Origin: an uncultured virus (IMG/VR IMGVR_UViG_3300000553_000028)
Lineage: Duplodnaviria; Heunggongvirae; Uroviricota; Caudoviricetes
Virus record (IMG/VR): IMGVR_UViG_3300000553_000028
Direction: 5' to 3' (one strand)
Length of the DNA stretch: 64,000 nt
Positions 9,927 to 20,500 of this stretch are shown here, piece after piece (position 1 is the stretch's first letter; every line of letters begins with the position of its first letter). A program made the translations under genes and the position numbers. The notes under the pieces are model-generated. The model ran no database searches, was not told the DNA's origin, and worked only from the letters and a program-made list of their open reading frames with translations.

Positions 9927-11248
9927 TGTGGTCACAATTTTATGATGAAGTAGGAACTAAAATGAAACAAGCCGATTGGAAATCTTCGGATGAATGGGCA
10001 AATTATTTTAGTAAGAAATATGATGAGTGTATAAAGAGAGGATTTGATAATACTACAAAAAATCCAATTAAAAAAGGTAATGTAGAATTGATGAATGCAC
10101 TTTTACAATCAGCAGCGGCAACTTCTTTAGCAGCTTCTAATCCATCATTTTATAGTTCATACATTACATTATTAGGAAATGCGGTTGTTGGATATTGGAC
10201 GGGTTCCGAATTACAAAACACTTCTATTCCGGTATTTCCTGCACCTGGTACATTAGTTAATTTATCTGTTACTTCTAATGTTGTTACTAATCCTGGTAAA
10301 TTTTCAAATGGGGTTACTCCTCCAATTACAAATGTAGATGAATTTCTAAAATTGTTTATAAGTTTAGCACAATTGCATTTAACTACAATACAAGGTAGTT
10401 GTTATACAATTTCACAATACCCACCACCATTACCACCTGGACCTGGTGTTATAAGTTGGACCGGATATAAAGTTGAAATGGGTAAATTAAATTCAACTCA
10501 ATCAATTGCACCATATGAAATTAATAATGCAGATTTTAAATTAACCGATGATGAAACAATAGGTGCAGAAAACGATTTGAAAAAAGCCGATGAAACAATT
10601 GTAGAGGTTAAACAAAAACAAGCTACAAAAGAAATATCAGATGATGAAGCGGTTGTATTATTAGAATCTTCATACGAAGCAAAGGAATTAGCTACTTATA
10701 AAATTTCTACCGGTATGAATGTTAGCATTGGCGTAGATGTTGATATTTTGAATAATATACAACAGTCTACCAAAGATGATAATATTGGAAAAAGAATTGT
10801 AGCATATGCAAAAATAGCAGCATCTATTCCAGTTTTAGAAACACCTGCAACTTCAAATTATGGTGGATATGTTACTACATATTTAAATGCAGTGGGTATT
10901 AATCGTCCTGCATTTTGGTGTGCAGCAGCTGTTAGTTATTGGTTTAAACAAGCAGGAGCCAAATCACCTAATTCTGCCAGTTGTGCGGAATGGAAATCTT
11001 GGGCAATTAGAAATGGATTATGGTCATCCACTCCAGTTTATGGTGCAGCTATTATTTATTCAAATGCAGCTGGTATTCCGCATCACATTGGTATAGTTGC
11101 AGACCCTAACCCAAATGCACAAGGTAGAATTACAACAATAGAAGGAAATACTACGGGTGGTGGATTTAATAGAGATGGTGTAGGGGTATTTGTAAAGAAT
11201 CCAAGATTAGGAGCAATTAATGGATTTATTATCCCAAAAAAGAAATAA
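9926..11248 (+). CDS. baseplate-associated protein with C-terminal CHAP peptidoglycan hydrolase domain
   Basis: FWCAAAVSYW (catalytic Cys), HHIGIV (His), TIEGNT. Confidence 0.8.
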   Translation: MWSQFYDEVGTKMKQADWKSSDEWANYFSKKYDECIKRGFDNTTKNPIKKGNVELMNALLQSAAATSLAASNPSFYSSYITLLGNAVVGYWTGSELQNTSIPVFPAPGTLVNLSVTSNVVTNPGKFSNGVTPPITNVDEFLKLFISLAQLHLTTIQGSCYTISQYPPPLPPGPGVISWTGYKVEMGKLNSTQSIAPYEINNADFKLTDDETIGAENDLKKADETIVEVKQKQATKEISDDEAVVLLESSYEAKELATYKISTGMNVSIGVDVDILNNIQQSTKDDNIGKRIVAYAKIAASIPVLETPATSNYGGYVTTYLNAVGINRPAFWCAAAVSYWFKQAGAKSPNSASCAEWKSWAIRNGLWSSTPVYGAAIIYSNAAGIPHHIGIVADPNPNAQGRITTIEGNTTGGGFNRDGVGVFVKNPRLGAINGFIIPKKK

Positions 11249-11252
11249 TAAA

Positions 11253-11260
11253 TAATTATA
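11253..11260 (+). promoter_or_regulatory. variant late promoter TAATTATA
   Basis: One mismatch to TATTTATA, in the gap before 11280. Confidence 0.4.
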
Positions 11261-11279
11261 TATAGTAAAAACACAATTT

Positions 11280-11765
11280 ATGGATCAAAAAGAATTAATT
11301 AAGGCATTAGTGAAGGTTTTAAGAGAAGATATTAAAAAAACTCTTAAAGAAGAAATTCGCAAAGCTGTACATGAAGTTCTAAACGAACAAGTTTCAGAAC
11401 CTACTCAAAAACCAAGAGTAAACGAAGATTATCAATTTAAATCAAAAGATGATGGTGGTTGGGGAACAATAGATTATTCACAAAGACAAGCAGCACCAAC
11501 TAGACCTATGATATCACCTGATATGTTAGGATATGGTGATGGATTTAATGATTATATGCAACCTGAACAAGCACCAGCAAGTAATTGGGGTGGTCGTGGA
11601 GATGAAGAATATGGTTCTTATTTACAAGGACAAGAAGAAGGTGGTATTCCATTACATGTTAAGGCACAAATTGCAGCACAAAGAAATCCACAGGCAACAG
11701 CTCCTGTATTAAAAGCTTTGAATAGAGATTATTCTCAATTAGTAAAAAAATTCAATAAGGGGTAA
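11280..11765 (+). CDS. hypothetical protein (possible virion protein)
   Basis: N-terminal helix with LREDIKKTLKEEIRKAVHEVLNE, disordered middle. Confidence 0.65.
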   Translation: MDQKELIKALVKVLREDIKKTLKEEIRKAVHEVLNEQVSEPTQKPRVNEDYQFKSKDDGGWGTIDYSQRQAAPTRPMISPDMLGYGDGFNDYMQPEQAPASNWGGRGDEEYGSYLQGQEEGGIPLHVKAQIAAQRNPQATAPVLKALNRDYSQLVKKFNKG

Positions 11766-11770
11766 TGTAA

Positions 11771-12196
11771 GTGGCATTTGAATTAGAAAAATCATTTGTA
11801 ATTGATACACAAGATAAATCCGTTGGTTTAGCATTGCCTATTGGTGGTGCAAATAACGGATATTTTGCTGTAAACTATACTACAAAAGATCAGATTAAAT
11901 CTAATTTAAAAAACTTAATATTAACCGAACCAGGCGAAAGAATATCAAATCCAACATTTGGTACTCCATTAAGACAATTTATATTTGAACCATATGAGGA
12001 AGGTGAGTTTGAATCAAAAATTGAAAATGTTATAACAACTGCAATATCAAAGTATTTACCTTATGTTACAATTGAATCTATTATATTTGAAAATAACAAT
12101 GATAACAAAGATAAACATTTGGTAAATTTAGAATTAAAATATTCAATAAACTTTTCAGCAATTCCAACAACTGATACATTAACAATTTCATTATAA
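11771..12196 (+). CDS. baseplate wedge subunit gp25-like (GPW/gp25)
   Basis: NLKNLILTEPGERISNPTFGTPLRQFIFEP signature; GTG start. Confidence 0.9.
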   Translation: MAFELEKSFVIDTQDKSVGLALPIGGANNGYFAVNYTTKDQIKSNLKNLILTEPGERISNPTFGTPLRQFIFEPYEEGEFESKIENVITTAISKYLPYVTIESIIFENNNDNKDKHLVNLELKYSINFSAIPTTDTLTISL

Positions 12197-12197
12197 A

Positions 12198-14204
12198 ATG
12201 GCACTTAATCCAATAGATAAAAGCTGGTCAACAAATAAAAAAGATATTAAATATGTGAATAGAGATTTCACATCTTTAAAACAGGCTTTAATTGAATTTA
12301 CAAAAACATATTTCGCAAATACTAATAGTGATTTTAGTGATGCATCTCCTGGTATGATGTTCATAGAACAAGCCGCTTATGTAGGTGATGTTTTATCATA
12401 CTATACGGATGCACAATTAAAAGAATCCTTTATTAACATTGCAAGTAATTATTCAAACATACTTACTCACGCACAAAACTTTGGATACGTTCCTAAGATT
12501 AGTAGACCGGCTACAACAACATTGACAGTTTATCAAACCGTTCCATCTAATAATGGTGAACCGGATTATAATTATTGTGTTAAGATTAAAGCAGGAATGC
12601 AAATACAATCACAATCAAATTCAGGTGTTACATTTATAACAGAGGATGTGGTTGATTTTACCGATGCTAATGGTAGAACGGTTTCTGTATTAACTACCGA
12701 TACAACAGGCACACCTCAACTTTATTTATTAACAAAAACAGTTAAGGCTATTAGTGCAAATGTAGTAACTGAAACTTTTCCGTTGGGAACATTTACACCA
12801 AATCCAACATTTAATATTATAGATTCTAATTTTATAAAAATAATATCGGTTACTGATAATGCGAACACTTATTATGAAGTTCCGTATTTGGCACAAGAAA
12901 TGGTGTATGTAAAACAACCAAATGCATCTATATATGATTCAACATTGGCAGGTAATAGTGATGTTACACCATACACATTAAAATTAGTTAAAACCAATAG
13001 AAGGTTTACTACAAGAGTAATTGATGTTGATACCGTTCAATTAAGATTTGGTGCAGCAAGTGAGACAACGGCAGATGAAATGATTGTTCCTAATACTAAA
13101 AATGTTGGGTTGGGTTTAAACAATTCAATAAATAGATTAGATGCATCTTTTGACCCATCTAATTTCTTAAAAACATCTACATATGGTATAGCACCATCGG
13201 GTATAGGAAATACTTTAACAGTAACGTATCTAAGTGGTGGTGGAATTTCATCAAATGTAAAATCTAATGATTTAAGAAAAATAACAGGTATTGATTTTGA
13301 TGAAGAATTATTATCTTTTAGTAATATATCATTACCTACATATCAACAATCAAAAGCTTCAATAGCAGTAGATAATTTAATTCCTGCTACGGGTGGTAGA
13401 GGTATTGAAACATTAGATGAAATTAGAGAAAATGCAATTGCAAATTATGCATCACAAAATAGATGTGTAACAGCATCAGATTATGAGGTTAGAGCGTTAT
13501 CATTAGACCCTTCATTTGGTAGTATAGCAAAAGTATATGTAGAACAAGATTCTTCAGCAGATATAACTCCTACACAAAATATATTAAGAGATCCTGCTGC
13601 TCGAGCACAATTTGTAGCATTCACAAAATCTTTGGTAGGTTTAAGTGAAGCAGATACTAAAATTGCAATAGATACTTTCTTACAATCTAAAGGTACTGTT
13701 AATTCAAATAATAACCCATTTGCAATCAATATGTATACATTGGGGTACGATAGTAATGGAAATCTTACACAACTTAATGATGCAACTAAAAACAACCTTA
13801 AAACGTATTTAAACGAGTATAGATTGATTACAGATGCAGTGAATATATTAGATGGATTTATTATTAATATTGGAGTTAATTTTCAAATAACAGTTTATTC
13901 AAATTATAATAAAAGTGCAGTTGTATTAGCATGTGTACAGGCCGTAACTAATTATTTTGATATTAATAATAGAAAAATAAATCAACCTATTAATTTAAGT
14001 GAATTAGAGTTAGAATTAGCAAATGTTGAAGGTGTGGCATCCGTTCCTAGTGTTGAAATAATTAATATTGCACAAGATGGATATTCTCTATATACTTATG
14101 ATATAAAGGCGGCAACACAAAATAAAATTGTTTATCCTTCAATGGATCCTTCTATTTTTGAATTGAAGTTTCCTAATACGGATATTAAAGGGAGAGCATT
14201 ATAA
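12198..14204 (+). CDS. baseplate wedge subunit gp6-like / baseplate J
   Basis: RDFTSLKQAL, DFSDASPGMMFIE, AYVGDVLSYY, GGRGIETLDEIR, QNRCVTASDY. Confidence 0.9.
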   Translation: MALNPIDKSWSTNKKDIKYVNRDFTSLKQALIEFTKTYFANTNSDFSDASPGMMFIEQAAYVGDVLSYYTDAQLKESFINIASNYSNILTHAQNFGYVPKISRPATTTLTVYQTVPSNNGEPDYNYCVKIKAGMQIQSQSNSGVTFITEDVVDFTDANGRTVSVLTTDTTGTPQLYLLTKTVKAISANVVTETFPLGTFTPNPTFNIIDSNFIKIISVTDNANTYYEVPYLAQEMVYVKQPNASIYDSTLAGNSDVTPYTLKLVKTNRRFTTRVIDVDTVQLRFGAASETTADEMIVPNTKNVGLGLNNSINRLDASFDPSNFLKTSTYGIAPSGIGNTLTVTYLSGGGISSNVKSNDLRKITGIDFDEELLSFSNISLPTYQQSKASIAVDNLIPATGGRGIETLDEIRENAIANYASQNRCVTASDYEVRALSLDPSFGSIAKVYVEQDSSADITPTQNILRDPAARAQFVAFTKSLVGLSEADTKIAIDTFLQSKGTVNSNNNPFAINMYTLGYDSNGNLTQLNDATKNNLKTYLNEYRLITDAVNILDGFIINIGVNFQITVYSNYNKSAVVLACVQAVTNYFDINNRKINQPINLSELELELANVEGVASVPSVEIINIAQDGYSLYTYDIKAATQNKIVYPSMDPSIFELKFPNTDIKGRAL

Positions 14205-15286
14205 TGGTATTATTTTATACCGCATCACAAGATGCAACTATATATTTACAACAACCTTACCAAAATACTGGTATAGATGAAGTATTGGAAATATCTAAAG
14301 TATATTATGGTGATACACCTGATATGAGTAGAGTATTAATTCAATTTGATAACATTGAATTACCAGATGTTCCATTTAGTGCATCTTTACAACTAAAAAT
14401 AACTAAAGCAGATGAAATTCCTGCAAGATTTAGTATTGAAGCATATCCTATTAGTGGAAGTTGGGAAATGGGTACTGGTACTCGTTTCGATAATTTAACT
14501 ACTAATGGTGCAACTTGGATGTATCGAAATGGTGATAATACATCAACTAATTGGTATACAACAATGGATGGTATTACCGCATCTTATTCTCAATTTGTAA
14601 CAGGTGATAGTAGTGGTTGGGGAGGTAGTTGGTATACAAGTTCGATAGCAACACAATCATTTAATTATAGATTAGATGATATTAATTTAGATGTTACTCA
14701 ATTCTTTGAAAGATGGGCAGATAATGAATTAGTTAATAATGGAATTATATTAAAGTTTCCAACGGCAAATGAACAAGATACCGTAGATTATGGTAGTATT
14801 AAAATATTTTCAAAAGAAACCAATACAATATATCAACCTAAATTAGTAATTACTTATTTAGAAGATGATAGTATTAGTGGAAGTTTAGTGGATATTACAG
14901 ATTATATTAATAGTAGTTCATATGATGTTCAATATAGAGTGTATTCTCCAAATATTAAAACATCTTATAATGAAGGACAAAAGGTAACTATAAAAGTGGA
15001 TGCTAGAGAATTGTATCCGGTAAAACAATTTAATTCTACTTTTGCATATCAGGTAAAATATTATTTACCTACAACATCATATTATTCAATTATAGATACC
15101 GTAACAAAAGAAACTATAATTCCTTATTCTGATGCAAGTAGAGTAATACAAGGTGAATTTAATAATTTGGTAAAATTAAACTTAACCAACTGGCCTATTG
15201 GTAGAAACTACACATTATTGGTAAAAACAATAGATGTTGATAACGAAGAGATTTTTGAAATAGGTTCATTTGATATTTACGAATAA
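14204..15286 (+). CDS. structural protein, DNRLRE-like beta domain
   Basis: QDATIY..NTGIDEVLEI, SRVLIQFD, NNGIILK, FSKET..YQPKLVITY. Confidence 0.55.
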   Translation: MVLFYTASQDATIYLQQPYQNTGIDEVLEISKVYYGDTPDMSRVLIQFDNIELPDVPFSASLQLKITKADEIPARFSIEAYPISGSWEMGTGTRFDNLTTNGATWMYRNGDNTSTNWYTTMDGITASYSQFVTGDSSGWGGSWYTSSIATQSFNYRLDDINLDVTQFFERWADNELVNNGIILKFPTANEQDTVDYGSIKIFSKETNTIYQPKLVITYLEDDSISGSLVDITDYINSSSYDVQYRVYSPNIKTSYNEGQKVTIKVDARELYPVKQFNSTFAYQVKYYLPTTSYYSIIDTVTKETIIPYSDASRVIQGEFNNLVKLNLTNWPIGRNYTLLVKTIDVDNEEIFEIGSFDIYE

Positions 15287-16359
15287 TGGCAATAGAAACA
15301 TCATACATTAATTTTAGTGATTTAAATTCAGAATCAACAATGTCTGCTAAGTTGTATATTGACCAATATGATGCAACTCAATTAGCAAATGCTATTGATA
15401 TTAAAGTTACTGAATTAATTACAGGATTACCAACTGCAAGTTTAGATTTAGTTCCAAAACCTGTATATGATGCAGAAGTATCACATAGTGCAGATTTACA
15501 ATTGCAAGTAAATATTTTAACAACAGATAACGATGCATTAAAATCTAGAGTTCAATCATTATTAGCAGATAGTAGTTCTTTATATACTGATAATGATTCT
15601 TTAAGAGTTGCCGCAGCTAAGTTACAAAATACAATAGATTCGGTTCAACAAACAACATTAGAATTAAGAACTAACTTAACTACATCTTTAACTAAAGCAA
15701 TTAATGAAGCAACTGAAAGAACTGCATTAGAAGCAGAGAATGCGGGCTTAACGGCTCAAAAGAATGCTTTAATTAAACAGATTGATACTTTAAACAATTT
15801 ATTAGCACAAGCAAATGCAACAATACAAGTAGCACAACAACAATTAAGTGCTAAACAACAAGCAGTAGCTGCGGGTGGTGTTTCTACTGGTGAATTATCC
15901 ACAATAGTTTTTTCAAATGGAGATCCTACTAAGTTAATTCAACAAGGTGTAATGATATCTCAGGATTATGGTGGTGGATATGGAAGTAATGCAAAGGCAG
16001 GTCAATTTGCAGCAAGTGGTAATCCATTTGCTAGCACATATCAAACATATTTCGATGTAGTAGCTGGACCTAAAGATATATCTGTTAATATATCATTTAA
16101 AGGTGATGTATTACAATCTCCTTGGAATTTAGGAGTATCTTTACCAGTTCAATTAAAAGCAAATCAAACTCAAAGATTTCAAATGGATTCTCCATCTGCA
16201 TACTTAAATCAATTACCTGGTCAAAATGGTGGTGGATTGTTTTCACATTCATCTCCAACACAATTAAATTATACTATGACTATAACAGCTACAGATATAG
16301 ACCCTAATGGTAAAATTGAAAACAAAGATTTTGTAATGAGAATATATAATCATAACTAA
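15286..16359 (+). CDS. structural protein with coiled coil
   Basis: Long heptad region then beta-rich C-terminus; inside baseplate operon. Confidence 0.6.
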   Translation: MAIETSYINFSDLNSESTMSAKLYIDQYDATQLANAIDIKVTELITGLPTASLDLVPKPVYDAEVSHSADLQLQVNILTTDNDALKSRVQSLLADSSSLYTDNDSLRVAAAKLQNTIDSVQQTTLELRTNLTTSLTKAINEATERTALEAENAGLTAQKNALIKQIDTLNNLLAQANATIQVAQQQLSAKQQAVAAGGVSTGELSTIVFSNGDPTKLIQQGVMISQDYGGGYGSNAKAGQFAASGNPFASTYQTYFDVVAGPKDISVNISFKGDVLQSPWNLGVSLPVQLKANQTQRFQMDSPSAYLNQLPGQNGGGLFSHSSPTQLNYTMTITATDIDPNGKIENKDFVMRIYNHN

Positions 16360-16361
16360 TT

Positions 16362-17582
16362 ATGGCAATAAACGATTTCCAAAATATTGAAAATATTAAT
16401 CTTAATTTAGATTCAACAGCACAATTAATTGCATCTAAAGATTTAACGATATTCAAAACAGGCGCGAAAAATATCACTGATTTTGGAATGTCTAATAATG
16501 ATGTTATTGAATTTAGAATATATGATATTTCGAACAACTTATTACAACAAACAGGTGGTAATAATGTAAGATATATTCATAAAGATAATTTATCAAAATA
16601 TCTATTAAGTACAACTGACCCTATTACACAAGAATTGATTTATAATATTGATGTTGAAAAATTAATTTATGAAGCAGGTTATGGTAATGGACAATTTAAA
16701 GTTTCATTTAATTTTTTAAAAAATTATTTAGGAAATGAGGATAAGAAACAAAGAGTATGGATACATGAAGTTTCACCTAGTAGAACTGAAATTAGAATAA
16801 TGCCTTTATTGGGAAATGATGAAATTTTGAATCAAAAAATTACAAATAGATACAATTCTTTTTTAGATAAAGCAAATGAATTAAGAGAAGTTATTACTAA
16901 TATAGAAAATACAATAGATTCAATTGAATTACAAATTAGTGATTTAATTGATAAATATTTTATTTCAACTCATGGTAAAGTGTGGTTAGATAAAGTTATA
17001 GCTGATTATAAATTTAATCATCTATCTTATACTTCATTTAAAACAAAAGTATTTAGTGATTTTAAAAATTCAGTTTACTATCAATTAAATGGTAAAGAAT
17101 TTAATATTAATTCAGCTAATTATGGTAATAAAACAAATACACCATTTAATATAGATGAATTTTATAAAACAAATGATATAATATCAATATTACAAAATAG
17201 ATTACATGAATCGATTGAATATAATTCATCATTTATTGCACAATATGATATTCCACAAATTGTAAAAGATTATACACAATCAAAAACTGATTCACAATTA
17301 TTACAATCATTATTAGATACAACTTATACAACAAAAAGTAATCTAACACAAAACGATAAATTAGGTATAGTAAATAAAACACCAGTTACAATTGATACAA
17401 CACCTATTACAACAATAAAAGAAGATGTGATAGTACCTACTCCTATTGCAGATCCATTGCCAGTAGAAACAACTACTCCAATATATAGTGGAGGTGGTGG
17501 AGGTTCGTATTCAAATGGAACATATTCAATGTATACTGGATTATCTAATTATATTGATTTTAATACAAACTATTTTAAATAA
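16362..17582 (+). CDS. putative baseplate structural protein
   Basis: 406 aa, WIHEVSPSRTEIRI motif, in structural operon. Confidence 0.55.
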   Translation: MAINDFQNIENINLNLDSTAQLIASKDLTIFKTGAKNITDFGMSNNDVIEFRIYDISNNLLQQTGGNNVRYIHKDNLSKYLLSTTDPITQELIYNIDVEKLIYEAGYGNGQFKVSFNFLKNYLGNEDKKQRVWIHEVSPSRTEIRIMPLLGNDEILNQKITNRYNSFLDKANELREVITNIENTIDSIELQISDLIDKYFISTHGKVWLDKVIADYKFNHLSYTSFKTKVFSDFKNSVYYQLNGKEFNINSANYGNKTNTPFNIDEFYKTNDIISILQNRLHESIEYNSSFIAQYDIPQIVKDYTQSKTDSQLLQSLLDTTYTTKSNLTQNDKLGIVNKTPVTIDTTPITTIKEDVIVPTPIADPLPVETTTPIYSGGGGGSYSNGTYSMYTGLSNYIDFNTNYFK

Positions 17583-17585
17583 GGA

Positions 17586-17593
17586 TATTTATA
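17586..17593 (+). promoter_or_regulatory. putative phage late promoter TATTTATA
   Basis: Octamer 4 nt before the ATG at 17598. Confidence 0.6.
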
Positions 17594-17597
17594 AGTA

Positions 17598-20500
17598 ATG
17601 TTAGACTATTTAAGTAATTTATATTCCCAAAATATGGATGGTGCTACATACACACCATTCACTTCATTAGATGTCCTTAATAGTAGTTATGGAAATAATG
17701 GGGGTAGTATAACAAGTGGAGATAGTTCACAAATTAATACAAATACACAAATTGTTCCGCCACCTACACCAACTGGTGCAGATATAAAATTATTTTTAGA
17801 TAATATAGGAACATATAAGAATCAAATGACTTTTAATGTACAAGGTCAATCTTATAATGAAGGTTCAGTATTATTAATTGATTCAAATACAATTAATGAT
17901 AGTTTAGTAATTAAACCAATAGTAAATGATGGGTTTACATTAAAAAATTATTTTGAATTAAAAAAGACATTAGTAAATGATACTATACTAATTGATGGTG
18001 TATATGAGCCAACAAAAGTTCCTGGTATTACTTTAATTACATATAATGGCTATGGTTCTACACAAGCAACATCTGATTATGTTTTACCACAAACTATTGA
18101 TTTGGGTTTTGATTTAACTCAAACACCAACAGTAAAAACATTTACAAGAATACAAAATGTTTATTTAGTTACAAACTACAATAATACTCAATTAAATAGT
18201 GAATTAGAGGTAACAATAAATTCTATTGACTTAGTATCACCTAAAACAATAAGAATAGGTGATTCGGTTGATATAACCAATGTAAATAATACTTCATCAG
18301 ATTTATCTATTTCAATTAGTGGTTTATCATCATTTGATTTAAGTAATATTAGATGGCAATATTCTAGTAAATTTAATAGTAATAGTACATTTGATATTAA
18401 TGATTTTAATATATTAACATCGGATAATTCTGGATTATTAAGAAGTTCTGATTTTAATTCTAATATTATTTTATTAATTGAAGTAACACCAAATACATCT
18501 AATTATCCTACACTAACATTAGGTGTAAACGATATTAGCTATAATATAGCAGAAAGTGTATTTACAAATAAAAGTTCTAAATTAATTTCAATTCCATATA
18601 ATGCAAGTAAATTAGATGGTATTAAAATAACAACACCATATAGAACATTTACTCAGGCGGTAAGTAGAAACGCAGAATTAGATTTACAAAACGATTTTCA
18701 AAATAACGAAGGTCAATTTAAAATATTACTTACTCCATATTCAGAATTATATGGTGATGGTGTTACACAATCAATTATAGTAACAATTAATAAAGTATTA
18801 GATACACCTATTATTGATAAAATAGATTATCCAACAAATGTAGTAATACCTGTTTATAGTTTTGGTGATACTAATTTTACAATATCATTTGAAAGTAATT
18901 TAGCTACAAACGTATTTATTTATCATTCAACTGAGGATAACTCTAATTTATTTGGTAATTTTAATTCAAAAGATAGTATTCAACTTAATTATAATTCTAT
19001 AAAGGCATTTAATACAAATGCAAAATTAGATTTATTATTAGTTCCATATAATGGAAATATAAAGGGGGAAATTGAAAGAATTAGTATTTTATTTGATGAT
19101 CCTGGATTTTATGTTTCTACACAAAATTTAAAAGATGAATTATTTAATGCAATTGCATCTCAATTAAAATTTAATTTAAATAAACCAAATTATTTAAATC
19201 ATTTAGCATCATTTGATATTGATGATAAACAAATTATAATTTCAAATTGGGATACTGATAATACAACTTTTACTAAATTTAAGAATGATGAATTAGGTAA
19301 TAAAGTTCCAGATGGAGAAATAAATAAAAGTATTGTATTAAAATTATACGAACCATTACCTACTAATATTAACAAAAATGATGTATTATGGGTATCTGAA
19401 CTTGTTTCTTTACCAATACTTCAATCAGTAATTGTATCTGGAACACTTACTGATAATACTATACCATTAAGACCCGCTAATTTTAATATTGAAGTTGATT
19501 TTGTAAAAGGTCAATCTACCGGTTTTCAATCATATGATGGATTAATATTAAGTGGTTCACAAAGTTCTCAACAAATAGTAGATACATATTTAGTTCAAAA
19601 CTTTATAGATATCGAAGGAATTAATATAGATTATACAGATTTTTCTAATTTTGTAAAATATAGTAGTGCAGTTGAAAGATTAGCTAATTTTAAATATAAA
19701 AAAGATTTAATAGACTTTTATGATAATAAAATAGAAGTATTGTTACCATCTGCTAGTGTTTTACCAACTGTTCAATTAGATATTATAAATTATGAAAATA
19801 ATAAAAATACATTAATTAATGGTTTTGATAATTGGGAAAAATATTTACAAAACAATGTATTTACTGGTTCTATTTCAACAAATGATTTATTATTAAATGA
19901 ATATAACACATATTTAAGTAATGCAACTATATACGATAAGGAAAATGTAAATTCATTAAAATCAAATATTCCAAATCATATTATAGAAGATAGTGGAAAT
20001 TTAGATTTCTTATTGTTCTTAGATATGATAGGAAACTATTTTGATATTATATGGTCTTACATAAATGGTATAAGCGATCAAAAGAAAATTGCAGAAACTA
20101 ATAAATCTGGTATAGAAGATAAATTTTTATATCAATATTTGGAATCATTTGGTTGGGATGCTAAAAATCTTAATTCTAATAAACAACTTTGGAACTATGT
20201 ATTTGGATTGAACGATGCAGGTTTAAATAACACATATACATCAGATGAATATTTAGGTGATAATACAATACAAATTACACCAGAACAAGCTACTAATCAA
20301 GTTTGGAGAAGAATTGCAAATAACTTACCATATCTATTAAAACATAGAGGTAGTGTTAGAGGTATTAATGCATTATTGACTTGTTATGGTATAGCTTCAT
20401 CAAATCTTTCTATAATGGAATTTGGTGGACCTACAATCGATACCGTAGTAGATACTCCTAAATTTATATACGATAGTTTAACTTATAATTTAGTATTTGA

